NCBI GenBank assembly: GCA_028286565.1
Contig: JAQBRH010000002.1
Location: 145,876-209,875 of the forward strand
Source of the DNA: Parcubacteria group bacterium
Lineage (GTDB): Bacteria; Patescibacteriota; Minisyncoccia; Phycocordibacterales; Zambryskibacteraceae
Direction: 5' to 3'
DNA: 64,000 nucleotides
Positions 1 through 7,694 of the stretch are shown in pieces (within the stretch, counting starts at the first letter, position 1; each line of letters begins with the position of its first letter). The notes below the pieces were generated by a model. The model did not search any database, was not told the origin of the DNA, and was given only the letters and a program-made list of their open reading frames with translations. Position numbers and translations under genes: made by a program.

Positions 1-131
1 TTCACGTCTGCGACCGCGGCGGTAGCCGGGGCTGCAGTAGCCGACTGCGCATGGGTCTGAAGAGCGATAGAAGTTGCTCCTCCGACACCAAGCATCACGA
101 TGGCCATGAGGGCCATAAGTTTTCTATTCAT
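1..131 (-). CDS. Partial secreted/exported protein, runs off the window edge
   Basis: Manual translation MNRKLMALMAIVMLGVGGATSIALQTHAQSATAAP...; signal-peptide-like N-terminus ending in an AxA-like site (THA-Q). Confidence 0.6.
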   Translation of the reverse strand, partial: MNRKLMALMAIVMLGVGGATSIALQTHAQSATAAPATAAVADV

Positions 132-182
132 ACTGGTGTGGTTAGCTGGTAAGCTTCAATAGTGAAGCCTTATCATTCTAAT

Positions 183-1130
183 TTATGAGAATGATGCCAG
201 CGTGACGCGCGCCTCGGTCCCCTTCCCGACCTCGCTTGCAAATGACAGGCCGCCTCCGTGCCTATGGACGATCTCTTGGGCGATCGAGAGCCCGAGCCCG
301 ACTCCGTTCAAGCGCTTTCCGGAAGCAGTCTTATAGAACGGCGTAGTCAGATGCGGCAGATCCTCTTTCGAAATGCCCGAGCCCGTGTCGGTGATGGTTA
401 TGTGTATCTTTTTTTGAACGAGGATCGACGCCGTGATGCCGCCGGCATCCGTATGAGCGATGGCGTTCTGAAGGAGGTTGGTACAAAGCTGATCAAGAAG
501 CTGTTCGTTGCCCTTGGTATACGCTTGCGCCGGACCTTCAAACACGAGGGTAAGGCCTTTGGCTACTGCGGAACCTTTGAGCTTGCCTACAACCCTTTGG
601 AGAACGGCGGATACATCCACCCGTGTGAGCTTGAGGGACATGTCACCGGAGCTTCGGGCCAGGAGAAGCAGCTCTTCGACCATTCCGGCCATTCTGTCGA
701 TCTCCTCGATGTTGCTCCGCGCCAAGGATGAGGCCTCCAAGGATGTGCCCGCCTGCCGCAGGAATACTTCGTTCTCCATCTTCATCACCGCGAGCGGCGT
801 GCGGAGCTCGTGCGAAGCGTTCGCACCAAATTGCATCTGAGCTTTGTGCGATCTCTTGATCGGTTCAAGCGTCCTGCCCGCCAGGACATAGGCGAATCCG
901 CTCGCAAGGACGATGATGAGGATATCGGAAGTGACAAGCGTATTTTGGAGGCCGTCGACCGCCCGGTCCGCGCTTCTCTGCTGGGCGGCTGTGGGAGGAG
1001 TATCTTCTTCAATGCTGTCGTGGATATGCTGGGCCGTATAGCGGAACAAGAAAAGACTGAATCCCCCTATGACCAGCGCTAGGAGGAGGATGTAGAAACC
1101 CGTAAGCTTTAAGCGAGCTGCGGTAAACAT
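183..1130 (-). CDS. Two-component sensor histidine kinase
   Basis: Two TM segments, H-box ASHELRTP, N-box NLLQNA, G-boxes DTGSGI and GVGLGLSIA. Confidence 0.95.
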   Translation of the reverse strand: MFTAARLKLTGFYILLLALVIGGFSLFLFRYTAQHIHDSIEEDTPPTAAQQRSADRAVDGLQNTLVTSDILIIVLASGFAYVLAGRTLEPIKRSHKAQMQFGANASHELRTPLAVMKMENEVFLRQAGTSLEASSLARSNIEEIDRMAGMVEELLLLARSSGDMSLKLTRVDVSAVLQRVVGKLKGSAVAKGLTLVFEGPAQAYTKGNEQLLDQLCTNLLQNAIAHTDAGGITASILVQKKIHITITDTGSGISKEDLPHLTTPFYKTASGKRLNGVGLGLSIAQEIVHRHGGGLSFASEVGKGTEARVTLASFS

Positions 1131-1804
1131 CAGGATTGATTAAGCCGATATCCCGCTCCGCGGACCGTCTCGATGATCAGCGCGCTTTTGTCTCCGATCT
1201 TCTTTCGGATGTTCTTGATCTTCACATCGACGAGGTTCGAGAAGGATGTGAAATCATAGTCCCACGCATGATCGAGGATCTCCTGGCGGGTCACGATCCG
1301 TTCAGGGTTTCTCATCAAGTAGAGGAGGATGGCATATTCTTTTTCCGTAAGGGGGATCTCTTTCTTGCGCTTCATCAATTTATGAGTAGCGAGTGATAGG
1401 ACAAGGTCTCCGACCACGAGTTCTTCCGCATACGTCGCCTGCGGCCGGCGGAGCAGAGCGTGGAGGCGGGCCGTGAGTTCGCTTAAAGCAAAAGGCTTGA
1501 CCAGATAATCGTCCGCCCCGCTTTGGAGCCCCTCCACTTTATCCTCGAGAGTATCCTTCGCCGTGAGCATGAGGACGGGGGTAGGAATGCGTGCCTTGCG
1601 TAGGCGCCTGCAGACTTCCACGCCGTCTATACCCGGGAGCATCCGATCAAGGACGACCACATCATACGTCTCTCGCGCCGCTTCAAGCCTTCGGAAGCCC
1701 GCTTCTCCGTCATGAAGGAGATCCACGACAAAGCCCTCGCCCTCAAGACCTTTTTTGAGCGAGGCGGCCAGCTTTTGGTTGTCTTCGATTATGAGCGTTT
1801 TCAT
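1130..1804 (-). CDS. OmpR-family response regulator
   Basis: IIED receiver start, LDRMLP, GADDYLVKPF, winged-helix end ETVRGAGY; abuts the kinase. Confidence 0.95.
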   Translation of the reverse strand: MKTLIIEDNQKLAASLKKGLEGEGFVVDLLHDGEAGFRRLEAARETYDVVVLDRMLPGIDGVEVCRRLRKARIPTPVLMLTAKDTLEDKVEGLQSGADDYLVKPFALSELTARLHALLRRPQATYAEELVVGDLVLSLATHKLMKRKKEIPLTEKEYAILLYLMRNPERIVTRQEILDHAWDYDFTSFSNLVDVKIKNIRKKIGDKSALIIETVRGAGYRLNQS

Positions 1805-1861
1805 CGTGTTGTAGACGTATACACAGAGTATATGCTACCGGATGACGGAGAGATGACGCTC

Positions 1862-2455
1862 TTATTTTGCTTTCCGGCCGAGGTTGTAGACCTTTCGCTT
1901 CATCCGTTCTCGTCGCCACATGCCGAAGTGCTTGAGGTAGCCGAACTTGTGGACATAAATTGGACCGAGTCCGGAGAACCACAGGATGCCCTTCTTCAAT
2001 TCGTTCGTCGTATCGCCGAACACGAGGCGCTGGATGATCGGAGCGGTGTCCGAGGTGATGATCATCGAAGCGGACTTGCCCTTGAGAAGCCCCTCCCACA
2101 TATAGCCGCCGGCTTTGAAATGATAGGCGAATCCGGGGAGCCACACTCGATCGAACAATCCCTTGAGGAGAGCCGGCATGGTCGACCACCAGGACGGATA
2201 GAAGATCACTACATGATCAGCCCAGCGGACATTTTCCTGAAAGGCTTTGAGGTCTGGCTCGAGCTCCTGGATGGTCTTGTATCCGAAGTGGAGGATCGGA
2301 TCAAACTGCATGTCTCCGATGTTCATCCGGCGTACTTCCCTGCCCGCCTCTGTTGCACCACGCTCGTATTCGGAAGCCAGAGTGCCGTTCAGCGTATCTT
2401 TGTCCGGATGGCCCAGTAATATGAAAACCTTCTCTCTTTTTTTGAAATTGAACAT
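1862..2455 (-). CDS. NAD(P)H-dependent quinone oxidoreductase (flavodoxin-2 fold)
   Basis: GHP..., WADHVVIFYPSWWSTMPALLKGLFDRV, LLKGK motifs. Confidence 0.85.
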   Translation of the reverse strand: MFNFKKREKVFILLGHPDKDTLNGTLASEYERGATEAGREVRRMNIGDMQFDPILHFGYKTIQELEPDLKAFQENVRWADHVVIFYPSWWSTMPALLKGLFDRVWLPGFAYHFKAGGYMWEGLLKGKSASMIITSDTAPIIQRLVFGDTTNELKKGILWFSGLGPIYVHKFGYLKHFGMWRRERMKRKVYNLGRKAK

Positions 2456-2468
2456 ATAAAGAACTGGG

Positions 2469-2699
2469 TTACATCATTAATTTTTGGAGCTCCGATTGGT
2501 GCTCGCGCATGACCTGCATGGTCGCCTCCATCTCGTTTTGCCCGCTCTTCTTTCGCTTCTCCACTTCCTCGCCGATCTTTTTGAAAAAGTCCGGATTTTT
2601 CTCTACCAAAGCAAGAACTCGCTCCTGTTCCGCCTCCGGAACGCCTTTCATTTTGGACTTAAGCATCTGCTTAAGCATGAAGTTTTGGAACATACCCAT
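2469..2699 (-). CDS. Small helical hypothetical protein
   Basis: 76-aa ORF with coding-like composition; TATAAT 9 nt upstream of ATG. Confidence 0.7.
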   Translation of the reverse strand: MGMFQNFMLKQMLKSKMKGVPEAEQERVLALVEKNPDFFKKIGEEVEKRKKSGQNEMEATMQVMREHQSELQKLMM

Positions 2700-2809
2700 A
2701 GTGTGGACATTATACGTAATACACAGCCTCTAAGGCAAATCGCGTGACAGAACCGACATTTGTAGTATAATCCAAGTGTTGTATTACTTGTTAAATAAAT
2801 GTAATCAAA

Positions 2810-3064
2810 ATGGTTAGACAAGCCAACCCGGCATTATTAAAGCCGATGACCCTCACCCCAGAACTCGAGGCTGTTGTCGGAGCAGGCCCTATGCCCCGCT
2901 CTCAGGTCGTCAAGAAGATGTGGGAATACATCAAGAAGCATGATCTTCAGAACCCTGCGAACAAGAGGAACATCTTCGCAGATGACAATCTTCGCCCTAT
3001 ATTCAAAAAGGATGAAGTGACCATGTTCGAGATGACGAAACTCGCTTCGGCGCACATGAGCTAA
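2810..3064 (+). CDS. Stand-alone SWIB/MDM2-domain protein
   Basis: LEAVVG..PRSQVVKKMWEYIKKHDLQNPANKRNI..DD.L..IF....VTMFEM signature. Confidence 0.9.
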   Translation: MVRQANPALLKPMTLTPELEAVVGAGPMPRSQVVKKMWEYIKKHDLQNPANKRNIFADDNLRPIFKKDEVTMFEMTKLASAHMS

Positions 3065-3100
3065 CAGGAGGACCGCACTTCTACTAAAAACCGCCTTTCT

Positions 3101-3802
3101 TTATTGAAAGGCGGTTTTTGCTATGCCTCGCTTGAATATCTCCTTGAAGCTGATACCCGCAAGGAGCCACATCAACCCGACCAAATATCCTCCCAAGACA
3201 TCCGAAACATAATGGACCCCGAGATAGACCCGGCTAAAGCCGATAAGGATAATGAGGACGATCAGAATTCGGGCTGCGATCCTTGAGCCGAGATCCCGCC
3301 CCCGGATTCGCAGGAGGGCGTAGATAATAAATCCATAGAGGGCGACCGAGATGCACGCATGCCCGCTTGGAAATGAAAAAGACCTTTCAAGATAGAAAGC
3401 GATGTCCGCCCCCGGCCTCACTCTCTGCACGGCAAGCTTCAGAAGCGAGTTGGTGATCTCCGCTCCAATGATGGTGATGATGAACGGCAGGACGAAGCTT
3501 CTTTTTTTGATGTAGATGAACCCTCCCAGGGTGAGAAAGATGAACAGGATCGCGAGATAGAGACTCCCGAACTGAGTGGCCGCATAAAAGAACTGATCCA
3601 GAAGAATGGAACGGTGGGAGAACAAAAAATTGGTCACAGCCTGATCCAAGGCAACGATCGGCCCCGAATCCCGTACCGTATCCATGAGTCCAATAAAACC
3701 AAAAAGGATAAGCGAGGCGCTCACTATGAGGACGGTTAGAGGCATGCCCGTAACCCCATCCTTTTCGATCCTTTTTCTAAAAAATTCTTGCAGGCCTCTC
3801 AT
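3101..3802 (-). CDS. PAP2-family membrane phosphatase
   Basis: K-x6-RP, SFPSGH, SRVYLGVHY motifs; start uncertain (3802 or 3850), not 4003. Confidence 0.85.
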   Translation of the reverse strand: MRGLQEFFRKRIEKDGVTGMPLTVLIVSASLILFGFIGLMDTVRDSGPIVALDQAVTNFLFSHRSILLDQFFYAATQFGSLYLAILFIFLTLGGFIYIKKRSFVLPFIITIIGAEITNSLLKLAVQRVRPGADIAFYLERSFSFPSGHACISVALYGFIIYALLRIRGRDLGSRIAARILIVLIILIGFSRVYLGVHYVSDVLGGYLVGLMWLLAGISFKEIFKRGIAKTAFQ

Positions 3803-3885
3803 ATCAAATAAGACGAGCGATATATCATTTAATCTCCGCAAAGCGGCCATTTTGAGGAAAAGAAAAAGACGAGTGTGAACTCGTC

Positions 3886-4242
3886 TCAGGTGAGCACAAG
3901 AAGACCCGGGTATTCCAGCTTCTTCCCGTCGATCGCTTGTGTATTGATGCCCTTCGAGAAGGCAAACAGGACGACGTCGCCTTCCTGTCGCTTTGCCTTC
4001 CATTGCAGTTGCCGTGAGAGAAGGCGACCGGTTGCATCATAGCGATGAAGAATCGAAAATATTCCGCCGATCGCTACGTATTTTCCTCCGCGGAAGATGA
4101 TGAAGCGAGGCCCAGCATGGGTGTAGAACACCCACTCAGCCGGACGATGGCCGCGACCCGGCCTAACATTCCCTGAGTGGGATAGCCTGAACCTTCTTGA
4201 GATCCACCAGTCTAACCGCCCCAGCAAGCGTTGTATGAGCAT
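3886..4242 (-). CDS. Orphan hypothetical protein (cassette 4 of tRNA-Ala row)
   Basis: ORF with GGGGGAG SD, upstream TGATAGGGT -10 motif and downstream hairpin + T-run. Confidence 0.6.
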   Translation of the reverse strand: MLIQRLLGRLDWWISRRFRLSHSGNVRPGRGHRPAEWVFYTHAGPRFIIFRGGKYVAIGGIFSILHRYDATGRLLSRQLQWKAKRQEGDVVLFAFSKGINTQAIDGKKLEYPGLLVLT

Positions 4243-4302
4243 GTGACTCTCCCCCAGTGAGGATGAACTTCTGAATTCACCCTATCACAACCACATAAAA
4301 GA

Positions 4303-4327
4303 AAAAGGCGCCGATGTTTTGGCGCCC
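4303..4327 (-). terminator. Intrinsic terminator of 4344..4691 gene
   Basis: GGCGCC-loop-GGCGCC stem followed by TTTTT on the minus strand. Confidence 0.6.
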
Positions 4328-4343
4328 ACTGGTTTCCAGGTCC

Positions 4344-4691
4344 TTACCCCTTAAAGCTCTGCTGGAAGTATTCAATTGAGGGATCATTTCCGACGAGCTT
4401 TCCACCGGACACCCAGATCTTATCTCCAACCCTCCACGGATGTTTCCTCCAGTTGGGCATGTGATACCTCAGTACAATTTCTACTTGAGGATTCAAGAGT
4501 TGTTCCTGAAACAGGATCGTGAAGTAATCTACACCTCCCGAACCCGGTGACACATCGACGATTGTTCCTTCCTGGTCCTTCATTGGGAAAGTGGCGGACA
4601 GCGGCATCTTTGGTTTCGGCTTCGCCGAACGCACTCCAGCGACGAACGATATGACCGCCACTATTCCCAAGATGGCAATTTCGGTAAGCAT
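4344..4691 (-). CDS. Orphan protein with N-terminal TM anchor (cassette 3)
   Basis: Hydrophobic N-terminus; GGAG SD 5 nt upstream; own promoter and terminator. Confidence 0.65.
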   Translation of the reverse strand: MLTEIAILGIVAVISFVAGVRSAKPKPKMPLSATFPMKDQEGTIVDVSPGSGGVDYFTILFQEQLLNPQVEIVLRYHMPNWRKHPWRVGDKIWVSGGKLVGNDPSIEYFQQSFKG

Positions 4692-4726
4692 GGATTCTCC
4701 GGGGTTGGGTTTACTTACTCTGATGC

Positions 4727-4762
4727 CACCCTACCACACCTCAGAATGCCGATACAATGTCC
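4727..4762 (-). promoter_or_regulatory. Repeated promoter module, copy 1 (TTGTAT-N18-TAGGGT with TG extension)
   Basis: caccctaccacacc-N8-ccgatacaatgtcc; both 14-nt blocks identical at 5166..5201. Confidence 0.65.
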
Positions 4763-4775
4763 CGAATGGGATATG

Positions 4776-4806
4776 AAAAAGGGCGTCTGGCAAATGCCGA
4801 ACGCCC
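4776..4806 (-). terminator. Intrinsic terminator of 4815..5135 gene
   Basis: GGGCGT...ACGCCC stem followed by TTTTT on the minus strand. Confidence 0.6.
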
Positions 4807-4814
4807 GTGCCTTT

Positions 4815-5135
4815 TCAGAAACCTCCATGCGCGTCCCATGAGCCGATGAGGTGAATGTCGTGCTCAAGGCAGAAACGTGTCATTTTCACCTGCGCTGATT
4901 CCTCAGGAGAGTCTACACTTGTGTGATACGGTTCTCCATCTGGTATCTTACCGACGTAGGGTTGTTCCAGTGAATCCCAGACTTCGGTAAATACGCCAGT
5001 TCCACTTTGGACATTCCCGTCCGCAATCCGATACAGGCGACGCCGATTGTGAACTGTCAGTCCATCACGTTGTAGTTCACTTGCCTCAACACCTTGGCTA
5101 CCTCCCAGCTGTGTTGACATAGCAGGGTCAGTCAT
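4815..5135 (-). CDS. Orphan hypothetical protein (cassette 2)
   Basis: GGAG SD, repeated promoter upstream, terminator downstream. Confidence 0.6.
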   Translation of the reverse strand: MTDPAMSTQLGGSQGVEASELQRDGLTVHNRRRLYRIADGNVQSGTGVFTEVWDSLEQPYVGKIPDGEPYHTSVDSPEESAQVKMTRFCLEHDIHLIGSWDAHGGF

Positions 5136-5165
5136 ATGAGTTCTCCGATAGGGTGTGTCCTAATT

Positions 5166-5201
5166 CACCCTACCACACCCCCGGATACCGATACAATGTC
5201 C
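5166..5201 (-). promoter_or_regulatory. Repeated promoter module, copy 2
   Basis: Direct repeat of 4727..4762 in front of an unrelated ORF. Confidence 0.65.
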
Positions 5202-5429
5202 TCCATTTTTGATAAGATAGACATTGAGCCTGCCTATGTTGAGGAGATTGATTTTTATAGACTCGAACCGGTCTTAGCAGCTAATATACTTAATATATGA
5301 TCATGGAAGTACTTGGATAACATATAATGCCACGCCATGTGTGCGGCATTATATTTGTAGTAAGACCGATAGATAACCCCTGACATACCTTTGTCCCTAT
5401 GTTTTAGCTATCAATAAAAAAGCCGTCAC

Positions 5430-5696
5430 TCACAATGAGGACGGTACCTTAAACGCTTCGGATCGATGTATGGTTCGTTGTTCCAATTGCTCAAATTGCC
5501 TGTGAAGCTCCGCGTCGGGATCTCGCAGAAAGTTCTCGACTTCGCCAAGAGCCCAATTGCGAACGTCTTGCCGATTTGCCAACGAGATAATGATGCTGAA
5601 AACAACAGCGAGACATGCACCCATCAACAGGATGAACCCTACGCTCGCGGGTTCAACGATTGGCAGGGGTATTGGTGGCAATGGTCCAAGAAGCAT
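5430..5696 (-). CDS. Orphan single-TM protein (cassette 1)
   Basis: Hydrophobic stretch VGFILLMGACLAVVFSIIISLA; GGAG SD; TTGAAT...TGTGGTATGGT promoter. Confidence 0.55.
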   Translation of the reverse strand: MLLGPLPPIPLPIVEPASVGFILLMGACLAVVFSIIISLANRQDVRNWALGEVENFLRDPDAELHRQFEQLEQRTIHRSEAFKVPSSL

Positions 5697-5799
5697 ATGA
5701 GACGCTCCAGGTTGGGGTTTCTAGGTGTTACCATACCACACTATTTATATTATTCAAGCTACCCTAAAAGATGATGGTGCTGGTGATAATCGAGGGCAA

Positions 5800-5956
5800 T
5801 TGTGTATTTTGTGGTCACAAATAAATTTCCTGACGGAAATTTTTCGCGACCCCGGCTCGCTGTTTTTGCCTTTCGCTTTGCTCAAACAAAAACATAGCTG
5901 TGCCTTCCACAAAATCACAAAACCTGCCGCAGGGCAGGCTTTTGTGTATTTTGTGG
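5800..5956 (-). mobile_element. Structured tRNA-3'-associated mini-element flanked by 15-bp direct repeats
   Basis: ttgtgtattttgtgg at 5800..5814 and 5942..5956 (second copy overlaps tRNA-Ala 3' end); internal antisense copy and hairpins; core motif 5842..5859 recurs at 24888..24905. Mobility is inferred. Confidence 0.55.
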
Positions 5957-6026
5957 ACCCTATCGGATTCGAACCGATGACCTCCTCATTGCAAATGAGG
6001 CGCTCTACCAACTAAGCTAAGGGCCC
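5954..6026 (-). tRNA. tRNA-Ala(TGC)
   Basis: GGGCCCT/AGGGTCC acceptor stem with G3:U70, anticodon arm CCTCA-TT-TGC-AA-TGAGG, GGTTCGAATCC T-arm. Confidence 0.97.
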
Positions 6027-6119
6027 TTTAAAACCTAACTCAAGAATCATAGTAGACAAACGGCCAAAAATCAAGAAAAATACCCCTATAGGTCCCCACT
6101 ATCAATTAACCCTATACTC

Positions 6120-6608
6120 ATGACTGAAAAGGAATTTTTTATCGAAACAATGAAAAACGAGGTGCCGATCTTCGAGAGGCTCTTTAAGGCCCTCCCCGTA
6201 GACAAGCTCCACCATACCCACCATCCCAAATCAAAGACCGCAGGAGCCCTCGCCATCCAGATGGCCGAAGAGGCGGAAAGCATCGAGGAGTTTTTGACCA
6301 CAGGGCTCGTAGATTGGGGGATCCACAAAGATATGGAACCGGATATGGAGAAGGTTGCGGCGGTATTTTCTACCGGACTCTCGAATGCGGCAAGTCTCGC
6401 GGAAAAAATGACCGACGAAGAATGGGCCTCCGAAGCCCGTGCTCTCCACAATGGGGCTGAAGTATGGAAGACCACCAAGGGCAAGATGGCCTGGGGACTT
6501 CTCTTCGACCTCGTTCATCATCGGGGACAGCTCTCGACCTACATCAGGCCGATGGGAGGCAGGGTACCGTCCATATATGGACCTTCGGGAGACGATATGG
6601 GAGCATAA
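6120..6608 (+). CDS. DinB/YfiT-family protein
   Basis: C-terminal HHRGQLSTYIRPMGGRVPSIYGPS motif. Confidence 0.85.
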   Translation: MTEKEFFIETMKNEVPIFERLFKALPVDKLHHTHHPKSKTAGALAIQMAEEAESIEEFLTTGLVDWGIHKDMEPDMEKVAAVFSTGLSNAASLAEKMTDEEWASEARALHNGAEVWKTTKGKMAWGLLFDLVHHRGQLSTYIRPMGGRVPSIYGPSGDDMGA

Positions 6609-6615
6609 GTGCTCC

Positions 6616-6689
6616 GGGCGATTAGCTCAGTTGGTTAGAGCGCACGATTCACATTCGTGAGGTGGCAGGTTCGAGCCCTGTATCGCCCA
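6616..6689 (+). tRNA. tRNA-Val(CAC)
   Basis: GGGCGAT/ATCGCCC acceptor stem, anticodon arm CACGA-TT-CAC-AT-TCGTG, GGTTCGAGCCC T-arm. Confidence 0.95.
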
Positions 6690-6690
6690 C

Positions 6691-7677
6691 CTACAAAGTC
6701 CCACTTGCAAGTCCAAGAAGATGTTCCAAAAATTCGATATGCGTCCAGCCGGCGGCGGTAAGGGACTGCGAGAGGAGCGAGTCGGCATGAAATTCGGGGA
6801 GCGAAGAAATATTCAAAACATACACATTGCCTGCGGGGGTAAGGATAAGATTTGAATGCGAATAGTGCCGAAGGCCGAGGGCTGAATGCGCTTCCTTGGC
6901 CGCCCCTTCAAGTATCTTGTGCTCGTCCGTACTAAAGCTCGTGGGGAATAGATATTCCGGTTTTTCTTTGAACTTCGCTTCAAAATCCTGCTGCTTCCCT
7001 TTCTTCGGCGTACGAACTTCGATCGGCATGAACGAATACAGCTTTTGGCCCCGAGCGCGGTCGACAACGGCTACCTTGGCCTCTTTGCCTCGAACGAATT
7101 CTTCGATGATGGCTTTCGGTGATTCCCTCAATACTTCTCCGACGGCGAGCACGAGCTCGTCGAATGTATAGGCCAGGCGGACGATCCGCTCATCCGCATC
7201 CCTGGGGGATTTCACCACCATGGGGTGAAGATATTCTCTGAAGACCTCTGTGAGGCGCGTCGCGTCGTCCTCCGCGGTCACTTCATCGTGCTGTGGAGTG
7301 CGGATATCATGCGCTCCGAGCACTTGCTTGAACGTATGATGCCTGGCCAGAGCGGACTCGATGCTCTTGGTGCCCGTAAACGGGATATGAAGGTGAGAAA
7401 GCATCCGCTGGACCTTGCCGCTTTCTCCGTAGTGGCCGTGGAGAGCATTAAAGGCGATGTCCGCATGCTTCAGCGCTTCGTGCGGCTCCTTTTTCATCCC
7501 CTCGACATGCCACTCGTCGTCTTTGGAAATGAAGACATCGATCGGTTCATATGTGTCCGGCTTTTCTCTGAGGAGCGAGAGGACATGTTCGCCGGTTTTC
7601 AAAGATGCGGCATAGTCCGAAGACGGTCCGCCGCGGAGAACGATCACGCGCTTCTTTGATCCGGAAGAAATACTCAT
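6691..7677 (-). CDS. ddl: D-Ala-D-Ala ligase-like ATP-grasp protein, catalytic motifs degenerate
   Basis: GGPSS, FNALHGHYGE.G.VQ, IEEFVRGKE and EAK motifs present; R-x-D and E-x-N motifs replaced. Confidence 0.75.
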   Translation of the reverse strand: MSISSGSKKRVIVLRGGPSSDYAASLKTGEHVLSLLREKPDTYEPIDVFISKDDEWHVEGMKKEPHEALKHADIAFNALHGHYGESGKVQRMLSHLHIPFTGTKSIESALARHHTFKQVLGAHDIRTPQHDEVTAEDDATRLTEVFREYLHPMVVKSPRDADERIVRLAYTFDELVLAVGEVLRESPKAIIEEFVRGKEAKVAVVDRARGQKLYSFMPIEVRTPKKGKQQDFEAKFKEKPEYLFPTSFSTDEHKILEGAAKEAHSALGLRHYSHSNLILTPAGNVYVLNISSLPEFHADSLLSQSLTAAGWTHIEFLEHLLGLASGTL

Positions 7678-7694
7678 GAAATATAGTATACTAC

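Noticed and set aside
4727-5201. 36-bp repeats as a CRISPR array or integron attC sites
   Set aside because: Only two full copies about 440 bp apart, non-palindromic, no RYYYAAC/GTTRRRY ends, no cas or intI; they match promoter geometry
5725-6015. ORFs 5725..6015 (+) and 5754..6011 (-)
   Set aside because: They run through tRNA-Ala and its structured trailer; better explained as non-coding
6616-6700. Trailer element or att repeat at tRNA-Val
   Set aside because: The tRNA abuts the ddl stop codon directly; no duplicated 3' end seen
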